In this document: positions 43,501 through 50,574 of the stretch, one piece after another
Numbering within the stretch: position 1 is the stretch's first letter
Layout of the letters: each line of letters starts with the position of its first letter
Origin: Epiperipatus broadwayi
Taxonomy: Eukaryota > Animalia > Onychophora
Assembly (NCBI GenBank): GCA_028023455.1
Contig: JAQFVV010000005.1
Location: 22,754,001 to 22,818,000 of the forward strand
Length of the DNA: 64,000 bases
Direction of reading: 5' to 3'
The notes under the pieces: generated by a model
What the model saw: only the letters and a program-made list of their open reading frames with translations
Databases searched by the model: none
Told to the model about the DNA's origin: nothing
Position numbers and translations under genes: made by a program

Positions 43501-46500
43501 ACATCTTTCGAAGGTTTTAGCTTTCATGTTATTAAATAAAAGTCATGAAGAAAATCACATATATTACAATCCTAATTCTATAATAATTTTTTAGCAATGT
43601 AATTAAGATTGCAATGTATGTTTTTTTTCCTTATTCTTTTATCGTAGACTAACGATGACTAATTAATACTAGGAAAGAAAAGTTACTACATTAAGTTTAT
43701 GATTTGACCTGAACAGTTTAGCACAGTGGGAGAATGTCATTTCTTTTTCAGCACATTGGTTAGCCAAAATATTAATAGTCCACAATGGAAGACACTTAAA
43801 TATGCTTAAGACTATAAGAAATACCAAGTGCTTATAATAAAATATGAATGTAATGAAATAAATAATTCAATAAAATTTTACTTAGTAACATTGATTAAAT
43901 ATTATAATAGATTTGAATTATAAATATTAATTTAATTAAAAAGTTAATAGAAAACTTTGATATTTAAAGAAATAAATAAAATATTTTAATGTATTTCACT
44001 TCTACCTACATAATATTTTTTTTTACATTTCAGCTGTTCGACAGATAGAGGTTTATTCAGCGAGTGGGATTATGTTTCGGAGCATGGTTACCTAACAGCT
44101 ACATTTTACGCATTTAAATTCCCTGGTAATGTAATTCAGAACTTCCAGTGCAACATTGCAGTGTGTTATGGATCCTGTCCGGCAGTAAGTTCACTGAACA
44201 GATATATAATAAATAAATTTTGGGGTCGACCATCCAAAAGTAAATTTTAATTTATATATTGGATACAACTGAAATTTAAAGTGTGCATACATTATAAGGA
44301 AGTTGACTCCTCTGACAATGCAAATCTTTTATTATTATTTAAATATTTGACTTCTTATTTACTTAGGAAACCATGTGATATTCAAGCATAAAATGTTACT
44401 ATAAAAATTAGTCTAAGAATCTAGATTTCCAATATGCCATTCATTAAATTTTAATAGACTGGAAAACTCAAATGTTAAAGAAATGCTTTAATACCACATG
44501 GCATTTTAAACAATTAACCATATGATTATAATTTTTTTCAAAAGTTGCCATTCACTTCTTTCATTTTTCACTTTCTTCATTTTTTTTTGTCTTTATAATA
44601 TGAGCTAAAATGGAAATAAAAGGATCATCCCAAATAGGTCTTGGCTAATCTCGTATCAGTTACATGAATCATTGTTTTCCATTTATCTCTAATTAGAATG
44701 GACTGTAAGTCTCTTTTTCTTTTTACATTTGAATTTCCTAGGTTATTGACAGCACTCCTTTTACTTTTAGTTGTTCTTTGATTTAGGTCTTGATTAGTTA
44801 CTAGAATCTATGCAACTTCTGGCTCTTGAATTCTCAGTTATTTTATGTCTTATTAACTAAATTACTACTCCTATTACTACTTATTCTTTGTCTTCATTTT
44901 TTTCTTCATTATCTTACTCCTCCTATTTTTTTCTTCATTTACTCCTTCTTCTTCTTCATCATATTTTTTTGATTTGATAGTCACAGAATTGTGAGAGTAT
45001 CATGCTACACTTTCTCCATGCATCATTCATTTGATGAATAACAGGAAATGCTGCTTTACTGGTATAAGAAATCAGCTAGACCAGAATATTTTTATTGTTG
45101 GCTAATAGCTAAACAAGGAATTACTCCTCTAGTCATAAAGAATCAGACATATGCAGACCTTAACAAGTGACACTATATCTAAAAAGATTCTCCAACCCAT
45201 ACATTTGTATATAATAAGTAATGCAGCCTTTTTTAAATAGTTCATTGCAATGGTCTCTAAACAGTAATATAATTTTCTGCTTCTTCTTCCCTTTCCTATG
45301 TATTGATTTCCTACTTTAACATATCATACCATTTATAGTAGACCTGCTATTCTATAAATCAAGGATATAATACTCAATTGACCAAACACTTTACTACTTT
45401 TTTACAATGCTTTATTATCCATCCTTTCCTGCAGTTAACAGTTTCGATTGCCCCAGCAATCTTCTTCAGAATGCTATATCTCAATTTCTGGGACAATCGA
45501 AACTATTAGCTGCATGGAAAAGGGTAGATAATAAAGCATTGTAAAAGTAGTAAAGTGTTTGGACCATTGAATATTATATGATATACATTGGGCAATGCAA
45601 TAGGAAACAGTGGTTATTAAATCAAGCATGGTGTAGAGAGGGAGGGTTGTGTGTGTATTCCTGCCCATTGGCACTTTCTTCTTAACATACATTTAAAATA
45701 ATAATTTAGGCATGTTAACAAAAATATTTTATTCCTGAGAGGTTGAATTCTGAAAAATAATTCACTAATATTCTATCACTATCATTTTATAAACAAACCC
45801 TTTTATTGTATGCTTTATTTATGAAATGTTACTTCTGCATTAGTATATTTATAATATAAATAACAATAATATGTAACACTCCTTTGTACATTTAATATAA
45901 TGCTCTGTTTTGGTTTAGAGCAGTAGTAGAATATCAGACTTTGGAGCAGAATGTCTTCAGTTGGATTCTTTTTCTAGCACTCAAATTTCTTATGAACTTC
46001 TCAGTACGTAAAAGCCATTTAATTTTTTTTCTCTCAATACACTGCAATATCTTTATTTAAAAAGTATCACACTGACCTCACCTTTATATAATATTACTCA
46101 ATAACAGATTCTTTTTCTCTCGTCACCATTATTATGCCACACTAGGTGGCATAACCATGATGAAGAGAAAAGAATTTGCCTTATTGAACAATATCTTTAT
46201 TATATTCTTTCAATCCAACTATTATAATAACCTTCCTCAGAGCTTTTTTATTTGTCCTATTTTCAAATGATAATAGTTGCAAGTGGTATGAACAAAAGCT
46301 CCGAGGAAGTCTTATTTAGCTTAAAAAAATAGCAGGATTAGAGAATTTAATAAAGATGTTGTATTACAGTTAGTATGCAAAGGAGAGTTTAAATATTATT
46401 GCCTCTATGCTTATTACTTCCAATGAGATTTCGCAGTGTGCAACTTTTGTGTTGACTGAATCTAAAATAAATATATTTTAGCGATATTGATAATTTTTTA

Positions 46501-49301
46501 CCATATTTTTATTATAGATTAGATGTGGTTCAGATATGCATCCATCTTATGGGGAAAAAAAAGCAACGTCGTGATGATTCATCACCCCCTGTAAGAGAAG
46601 GTGAATTAACTGTGCAAAGATGCCAGTTTATTCTAATCCAGTTAGAATTAATCCTAGCAATTCAACCGATGGAGATGGAAGTGGAAATTTAGATAGTAAG
46701 TATAGTTTTTGCATATTACCATATATATATATATATTGGTAAGCATATCTTTCGTATCAACTCATACCATTTTTCCTATTTTTTAAATGCAGTAGCGCCT
46801 CACATTAACAGCTGAATAGGTCAGGACATACCCTCACCATGAAGTAAAATTTACCATTAATTGAATCGGGTTCCCTCTTTTTTTCTCATAAAGGCATATA
46901 AAAAATAAATTCCCCATTATTAGTGTTATGGAAAGGGTGAATCAAAAGTTTGCCCTATATATTTATTTTAATAATAGAGTTGCATTTTATTAATATAATT
47001 AATTAAGCATTCATAAACAAAATCGAAAAAGAAGATAAAAATCAACAGTATTTTAGTCAAATATTACAGTCAGGAATCCATTTTATTCAATTTAAGCAAA
47101 AAAAGTATATTTAAACCTTTATTGCCATTGATGTATTAAATCATTTTCTCCATTAACGATCATATTTACTATCAAATTTTGTTTTATAGAAGGCTATGTT
47201 TTAATTTGAAAAATAAAAATATTATTTTAAGCTTATTTTTTTAAAAAAAAAAAAGGTTGTTATTCAAAATCATGATAGAAGTTGTATTATTTTTGTTCTG
47301 TACCTTCTTTAATACAATATTAATCCAAAAGCATACAATTTATTTGCTGCGAATCACAAATTGAATTATTTAATTCTTAATGTGTAATAAATAGATGAAG
47401 TTGTTCATAAAATGGATGTATTCTGTAAAGCAATTTATCAATTTTTTTTTGTATAATATGGCTGCCATAGAAAAAATGTATTGCATACAATAGTTAGACT
47501 TGATATTTCTTCATGTTGATTTAATTTTTAACATTTAGAATGTTTTGAGTAAATTTCTCTCTATATCTATATAAATAAAAATGTAAATGTTCGTTTGTTC
47601 AAAATCTTAAATCTCCGAAAGTTCTTCACCGATTGCTTTGAAATTTTGACACAACGTTGCATTCGAATACGCACATGTTTTTATATACCTACTATTTAAA
47701 TACCTACTATTATATAATGTCCACTTGTGACAGATAAAAACATGCTTTTTTAACAAAAAACAGCGCTATCTGTTGGACGTAAAAGCAACACACGCTATAC
47801 TAAATATTTTACGATTCCATTTCAATGTTTCCGATTGCATTGTTAAATTGAATTTTCATAGATTTCGATTTATTTTCATTTTGATTTAATTATTTCGTGT
47901 GAGAGATTGCAATTCCCAATTCAATTGGCGTTTGCAATCACCAACAACAAAGCTCAGGGCCAATCTTTAGAATTGTGCGGTTCAGATCTAGACACGGATT
48001 GCTTCTCACATGGACAATTATATGTTGCATGTTCTAGAGTCGGCAAACCAGACAATCTCTATATCTGCACAGACAATGGAACAACAAAAAATATTGTATA
48101 CCCACAAGCATTGTGAAATTAAACATATTAGAAACGTGCGCTTTCTCTTTTCTTTCTTTTCCATTTAACCAGATTGAGCCACAGCAACACGTGGCCGGGT
48201 ATGGCTAGTATATAAATAAAAACAATTTATCAGCATTATAAATATGAAATTNNNNNNNNNNNNNNNNNNNNNNNNNNNNNNNNNNNNNNNNNNNNNNNNN
48301 NNNNNNNNNNNNNNNNNNNNNNNNNNNNNNNNNNNNNNNNNNNNNNNNNNNNNNNNNNNNNNNNNNNNNNNNNNNNNNNNNNNNNNNNNNNNNNNNNNNN
48401 NNNNNNNNNNNNNNNNNNNNNNNNNNNNNNNNNNNNNNNNNNNNNNNNNNNNNNNNNNNNNNNNNNNNNNNNNNNNNNNNNNNNNNNNNNNNNNNNNNNN
48501 NNNNNNNNNNNNNNNNNNNNNNNNNNNNNNNNNNNNNNNNNNNNNNNNNNNNNNNNNNNNNNNNNNNNNNNNNNNNNNNNNNNNNNNNNNNNNNNNNNNN
48601 NNNNNNNNNNNNNNNNNNNNNNNNNNNNNNNNNNNNNNNNNNNNNNNNNNNNNNNNNNNNNNNNNNNNNNNNNNNNNNNNNNNNNNNNNNNNNNNNNNNN
48701 NNNNNNNNNNNNNNNNNNNNNNNNNNNNNNNNNNNNNNNNNNNNNNNNNNNACAGTAGATGGCTCTGGAGTAAACAAAAGAGAATTGCAGCTAATGATGT
48801 GTATATAATATCTATAATGTAAGCAGAAATAATCTTGTGATGTGTGTTGATTTATAATGTATCATGAGCATTTATAATGTAGTTTGAATGTGTAATAATA
48901 CTAGATTTAAATTTTTGATATATTTATGATTCATAAATTTTGGATAAAAAGGGATTATTCAATCAACCATGAACTGGTAAAGAATTTTGAAATGGGTGGT
49001 TGTTAAAAAGACTGCTATTTCTAGTGCTCACTTTGAATTGAATATTTAGATATATTAACCTATTTGTAAAATTGTAAGCAAAAGTTAATTTTCTTTGGTT
49101 GTTTTTTTTTTTTTAATTTCAGGGGATAATCCAGATGACTTTTGTATGCCCTTGATTTGGTTCATTTTAGCCCTAGTTATCACAGCACTTCTGGCTATGG
49201 TTTGTGTTGCAGTAGCTGTGTCCTGCTGGCTGTTAGCTTAATGGCGTAAACCTGATGCGGAACGCCCCCACTCAGCAACCTATAGTAATTCTGCTTTTTA
49301 A
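1425..49301 (+). CDS. Multi-exon gene (5'-incomplete): EGF-like repeats + ZP domain + furin-type site + TM + short tail; ZP of the cuticlin/Neyo/NompA-like group
   Basis: 12 exons joined with canonical GT/AG sites and consistent phases: 1425-1538, 13560-13673, 18301-18417, 22077-22190, 28957-28980, 29075-29253, 36759-36886, 42537-42679, 42760-42841, 44034-44184, 46518-46695, 49123-49301. ZP cysteine pattern with AFKFP-x-FQCNIAVCYGSC motif; hydrophobic TM segment in the last exon. Confidence 0.9.
1809..3771 (+). mobile_element. Merlin (IS1595/IS1016-like) non-autonomous DNA transposon
   Basis: 47-bp TIRs starting GGTTCTAG (1 mismatch); 8-bp TSD aaactttg (1801-1808, 3772-3779); remnant N-terminus WDVPNRESEAVAFLQAQNILP resembling ISXO2-type transposases (from recall). 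Confidence 0.7.
4066..4130. repeat. 22-bp tandem repeat x3 (tttcctaaataattattttttg)
   Basis: Directly visible in the loop of the family A inverted repeat. Confidence 0.8.
4494..4537 (+). ncRNA. Minimal type I hammerhead ribozyme motif, family A
   Basis: UGCUUU-CUGAUGA-a-AACCAG(ucug)CUGGUU-GAAA-UAU-U/AAAGCA; stem III palindrome AUAU; predicted cut after 4531. Confidence 0.75.
5209..5786 (+). mobile_element. Non-autonomous Helitron with Pif1-like helicase C-terminal remnant
   Basis: A|TC start; ...VEATILTG...FKRLQFPV..AFAITINK..GQSL...; 3' GC-rich subterminal motif then CTAA|T (decayed CTAG). Confidence 0.85.
6732..7058. mobile_element. Palindromic insertion of hammerhead family B with 13-bp TSD
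   Basis: Arms ~6779-6896 and ~6939-7055; TSD aaatatgaatata at 6719-6731 and 7059-7071. Confidence 0.85.
6890..6929 (-). ncRNA. Hammerhead motif family B, core mutated (CUGACAA)
   Basis: CCUCA-CUGACAA-aGGC(cacaa)GCCa-GAAA-CUAGU-C/UGGGG. Confidence 0.55.
7881..8043. repeat. Hairpin repeat with degenerate hammerhead motif (family C)
   Basis: ~72-bp arms; right arm CUGAAGA-a-GACUG(cagga)CAGUU-GAAAC at 7981-8008; stem I poor. Confidence 0.55.
9360..9645 (-). mobile_element. Possible tRNA-derived/Pol III SINE-like element
   Basis: B-box GTTCGAATCC (9597-9607) and a weak A-box ~25 nt upstream; GC-richer island. Confidence 0.3.
11500..11610 (-). mobile_element. tRNA-derived SINE head
   Basis: A-box TGGCTCAATTGG and B-box GGTTTGATTCCC; no proper acceptor stem seen. 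Confidence 0.6.
11750..12660 (-). mobile_element. Penelope-like element fragment (RT C-terminal half, thumb, GIY-YIG), decayed
   Basis: GMAMGSPMSPLISNIYIE; VYRIPIHTGKYL; IYEIP motif; multiple frameshifts. Confidence 0.85.
12719..12925. mobile_element. MITE-like element with ~27-bp TIRs
   Basis: acctgtaacctccctattggctgaaat vs the reverse complement of atttaagccaatagggagttacaggt. Confidence 0.55.
13560..13673 (+). CDS. Exon 2, EGF-like module (CTPRSCPPNSLCSVQDGKILCTCKEGFTGNPPETECR)
   Basis: tttccctag acceptor, gtaagt donor, 114 nt, phase 1-1, six Cys with CxCxxGFxG. Confidence 0.92.
14050..15640 (-). mobile_element. Non-LTR retrotransposon ORF2 remnant (RT + C-terminal Cys/His motif)
   Basis: G..QG.PMSPILLLLYL, LLFADDV, YNYLGIVL; CxxC...E...H motif near 14150-14200; clade not assigned. 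Confidence 0.85.
16458..16793. repeat. Degenerate 21-bp tandem array (~16 units), open as a heptad-repeat ORF on the minus strand
   Basis: Units such as actcaccaggctagtcatact; ORF 16443-16757 (-) reads LVSNVxx heptads. Confidence 0.85.
17130..17450 (+). mobile_element. Decayed RTE/BovB-type LINE 3' fragment
   Basis: Similar to 19690-20140; FYGKL and ...GHIC remnants. Confidence 0.45.
18301..18417 (+). CDS. Exon 3, EGF-like module (ICETVHCKEHEVCDGSSNEPLCHCENGYKRIPPGEECI)
   Basis: tacag acceptor, gtaag donor, 117 nt, phase 1-1, six Cys. Confidence 0.92.
18780..18975 (-). mobile_element. Single copy of hammerhead family B
   Basis: Near-identical to the copies at 6.8, 51-52 and 62 kb. Confidence 0.85.
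18888..18927 (-). ncRNA. Minimal type I hammerhead motif, family B, intact core
   Basis: CCUCA-CUGAUGA-aGGC(cacga)GCCa-GAAA-CUAGU-C/UGGAG; stem III palindrome ACUAGU; GUC cleavage triplet. Confidence 0.7.
19690..20140 (+). mobile_element. Decayed RTE/BovB-type LINE 3' fragment
   Basis: LHWIGRI..M...R.P.RIFYGELKHG and terminal CSICGHIC zinc-finger remnant. Confidence 0.6.
22077..22190 (+). CDS. Exon 4, EGF-like module (VECNNDDCGETGVCTRIQDTFKCVCKPPCKDEWPQCC)
   Basis: ttttag acceptor, gtaagt donor, 114 nt, phase 1-1, Cys-rich. Confidence 0.9.
22817..23224 (+). mobile_element. Head-to-tail trimer of a ~130-bp tRNA-derived SINE
   Basis: Units of 129/132/132 nt; A-box TAGCCGAGAGG, B-box GGTTCAYGTC, A/CAA tail; aacaacatagtatgc brackets the array. 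Confidence 0.75.
23330..23700 (-). mobile_element. Penelope-like GIY-YIG 3' fragment
   Basis: LKQHRYQY...HDHSFD...SERNDAK.K, similar to the 33.5-kb element. Confidence 0.6.
23705..24060 (+). mobile_element. Penelope-like linker/3' fragment
   Basis: ISLPYISGATHSINKI...TLNRLINN motif typical of the PLE RT-EN linker. Confidence 0.6.
24480..25570 (+). mobile_element. Penelope-like element with internal deletion (N-terminal part, linker, GIY-YIG)
   Basis: NIIYQISCGCKKLYIGESRCSVEKRLKEH...EERNHKKRKI. Confidence 0.8.
26023..26066 (-). ncRNA. Hammerhead motif family D (U3-A8 core variant)
   Basis: ACAC-UUGAGAA-gu-CUGC(uugua)GCAG-u-GAAA-CCUUAGGU-A/GUGU, downstream of the GIY-YIG ORF. Confidence 0.65.
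27508..27551 (+). ncRNA. Hammerhead motif family D, second copy
   Basis: Same core; stem I ACAU/AUGU (compensatory relative to ACAC/GUGU). Confidence 0.65.
28957..28980 (+). CDS. Exon 5, 24-nt micro-exon (GNRPWDIS)
   Basis: Long T tract + ag, gtaatt donor, phase 1-1, in frame, 94-nt intron to the next exon. Confidence 0.75.
29075..29253 (+). CDS. Exon 6, start of ZP-N (VACEADKIRVKISNQFSFSGVVYVKDH...GQCGIVYNN)
   Basis: ttag acceptor, gtaagt donor; CxxxxIxVxI...FxGxVYV pattern typical of the ZP-N start. Confidence 0.92.
29400..29700 (+). mobile_element. Possible L1/Tx1-type LINE ORF2 C-terminal fragment
   Basis: HSIWNVRCKLVF...F.ETW pattern. Confidence 0.4.
30175..33215 (+). repeat. ~290-bp AT-rich dispersed direct repeat (30175-30465 and 32915-33215)
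   Basis: Shared ttggaatatatagaaatatttt...gtttgtaattaatgatat blocks. Confidence 0.7.
33520..34920 (-). mobile_element. Penelope-like element fragment (RT + GIY-YIG), decayed
   Basis: LDIAELYGSI; PMGLSLSGIVS; YTRYVDN; VALPYIP; IVYKITC...YYGE. Confidence 0.9.
35985..36525 (+). mobile_element. Hammerhead family E insertion with 18-bp TSD and a 5' inverted tail
   Basis: TSD attagtttatttattgtt at 35967-35984 and 36526-36543; small hairpin 35985-36080; body 36095-36510. Confidence 0.75.
36358..36401 (+). ncRNA. Hammerhead motif family E (one stem III mismatch)
   Basis: ACCAA-CUGAUGA-uUGCU(gguuu)AGCAu-GAAA-UACGUUU-A/UUGGU. Confidence 0.65.
36759..36886 (+). CDS. Exon 7, ZP-N (KEAHYTLVVQRHPKLVTHEAVAFLIKCNY...)
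   Basis: ttttag acceptor, gtaagc donor, phase 0-2; VVQxHPxLVT motif of cuticlin-type ZP. Confidence 0.92.
37300..37880 (-). mobile_element. Older family E copy plus partial tandem duplicate of its tail
   Basis: 37300-37711 is a diverged reverse complement of 36095-36510; core decayed to CUGUAGA; ~37765-37880 repeats ~37280-37390. Confidence 0.75.
42537..42679 (+). CDS. Exon 8, ZP linker/ZP-C start (SMVTTAGTIVNTGPPP...IGEELILRIDVTPR)
   Basis: ttatag acceptor, gtaagt donor, phase 2-1. Confidence 0.92.
42760..42841 (+). CDS. Exon 9, ZP-C (NIYGAKASSCNARTLDGSHSFEVTDEKG)
   Basis: tttctctag acceptor, gtaagt donor, phase 1-2. Confidence 0.92.
42973..43534. mobile_element. Palindromic insertion (~250-bp arms) with 12-bp TSD; no hammerhead core recognised
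   Basis: Arms ~43009-43265 and ~43290-43533; TSD aataaaagtcat at 42961-42972 and 43535-43546. Confidence 0.8.
44034..44184 (+). CDS. Exon 10, ZP-C (CSTDRGLFSEW...AFKFPGNVIQNFQCNIAVCYGSCPA)
   Basis: tttcag acceptor, gtaagt donor, phase 2-0; AFKFP/FQC ZP signature. Confidence 0.94.
45365..45575. mobile_element. Palindromic repeat, hammerhead family F
   Basis: Arms ~45365-45457 and ~45487-45575. Confidence 0.75.
45431..45474 (-). ncRNA. Minimal hammerhead motif, family F
   Basis: GCAUU-CUGAAGA-a-GAUUGC(uggg)GCAAUC-GAAA-CUGU-U/AACUGC; perfect 6-bp stem II; stem I with one bulge. Confidence 0.68.
46518..46695 (+). CDS. Exon 11, last ZP Cys, basic cleavage site and hydrophobic patch region; contains two compensating frameshifts
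   Basis: attatag acceptor, gtaagt donor, 178 nt (phase 0-1). Reads IRCGSDMHPSYG / KKKQRRDDSSPPVREGELTVQ / MPVYSNPVRINPS... only with a shift at 46551-46554 and another at ~46617-46620. Confidence 0.75.
47566..48208 (+). mobile_element. Non-autonomous Helitron with helicase remnant (same termini as 5209-5786)
   Basis: A|TC...CTAG|T; QFPIQLAFAITNNKAQGQSL..CG.DL..DCFSHGQLYVACSRVG. Confidence 0.92.
48252..48751. other. Assembly gap (500 N) in the last intron
   Basis: Run of N. Confidence 1.
49123..49301 (+). CDS. Exon 12, TM helix and cytoplasmic tail; in-frame TAA at 49239-49241
   Basis: T tract + ttcag acceptor; DNPDDFCMPLIWFILALVITALLAMVCVAVAVSCWLLA*WRKPDAERPHSATYSNSAF*. Confidence 0.85.
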
Positions 49302-50574
49302 TATCCTCCATCTTCTTATGCATCACATCAACCTGAATATTAAGCTATATATCCTAGTGGTTATATTTCTGACTGTCTTTTCTAAGATAAAAAATATTTA
49401 TTATGTGTTCTGCTTACACATAATTGATGCCGTAAGATGCCATGTGTGAAAATGACTGTGCTGAGAAAAATAATGAAACTGATGTTAAACATTTCATTTT
49501 CTGTAATATTATTTATATTAGTATTTATATTTTAGTATAAAAAAATATTATGGGTAATATAAATTATTACTATTTAAATTGTATAAAAGACTAAATAAGC
49601 TGTTATTAATAACAGCTAATTTAAATTGCATTACTAAATGTGGAAAATTACCTGCATCTTAGGCCCCAATTACAAATTGTAAAAATTCCTTTTTTTATTT
49701 ATTCTTTTTAAAGAATTAAATGTAAACTTCTCAAATTCTCATGGTTTGCATGTTAATATTTTTCCCCATTATTAATTTAATTAAATCAGTACCATCTGAT
49801 TTCATTTTGCTTCCAAATATAATGGAGCTGCTGTTTCGAGAGTTGGATTTTTTAAAAAGAAAATAATCTTTTAGCAGCTCCTTCTGGTGCTATTTATTTG
49901 AGGAGCTCAGGGTAAACAGTATGGTTAAGTATATTCTTGCTTTCTTACTGTATCTAATTCATGATAAGAAGATATTGAGCTAAGAGTGTAATTTAGTAAC
50001 AGATTCTTTTGAATGTTTCCCCATTTTATGTAAATCTTACTTTTGTGAGAGACCTAGTGATCTAAAATGTAATATTTTTTTATTTTGTTAAAGATTGGAC
50101 TAAAGAATCTGCTTCTACTAGAAGTTATCAAGTTTAATAATGTTTTAAAGAAATGACAGTGACATATTCTTGTTATACATGTTGTTATTTAATAAAATGG
50201 CATGGTTTTTATAAACTAAGTTGTATATTTTTTATATTTTAATTTATAACACCAACACTTACATATATTTAAATCTCTAAAGATATCATTTATTATATTT
50301 CTAAACAATTATCTGATTATATAATATCGTAAAGTACATTATATAGAATTTTGAAACGGATAAAAATTTATATATATATATGCAACATTAAGTAGTTCTA
50401 TGGTACTTTTATCAGTCTTTTTTTTTTGAATTGACATCTTTGTAAATTATTAAAATTGAAGAATGTAGTCGGAGTGTTAAAAAAATGATATTGAAATTAA
50501 ATATCATTACGGTAATTTGATCAAAGACTACAGGTTATACTTGAATTTACAATTTAGCAGTAGCAAACTATTTA

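Noticed and set aside
44367-44391. Possible alternative terminal exon after exon 10 (acttag|gaaaccatgtga...)
   Set aside because: In the required phase 0 it gives only ETM-stop; the Cys-containing KPCDIQA reading is out of phase. No support without RNA data.
48205-48822. 190-aa and 192-aa ORFs in the supplied track
   Set aside because: They are artifacts of translating the N gap.
50191-50196. AATAAA as the host gene polyadenylation signal
   Set aside because: Many such hexamers occur in this AT-rich DNA and cannot be chosen without transcript data.
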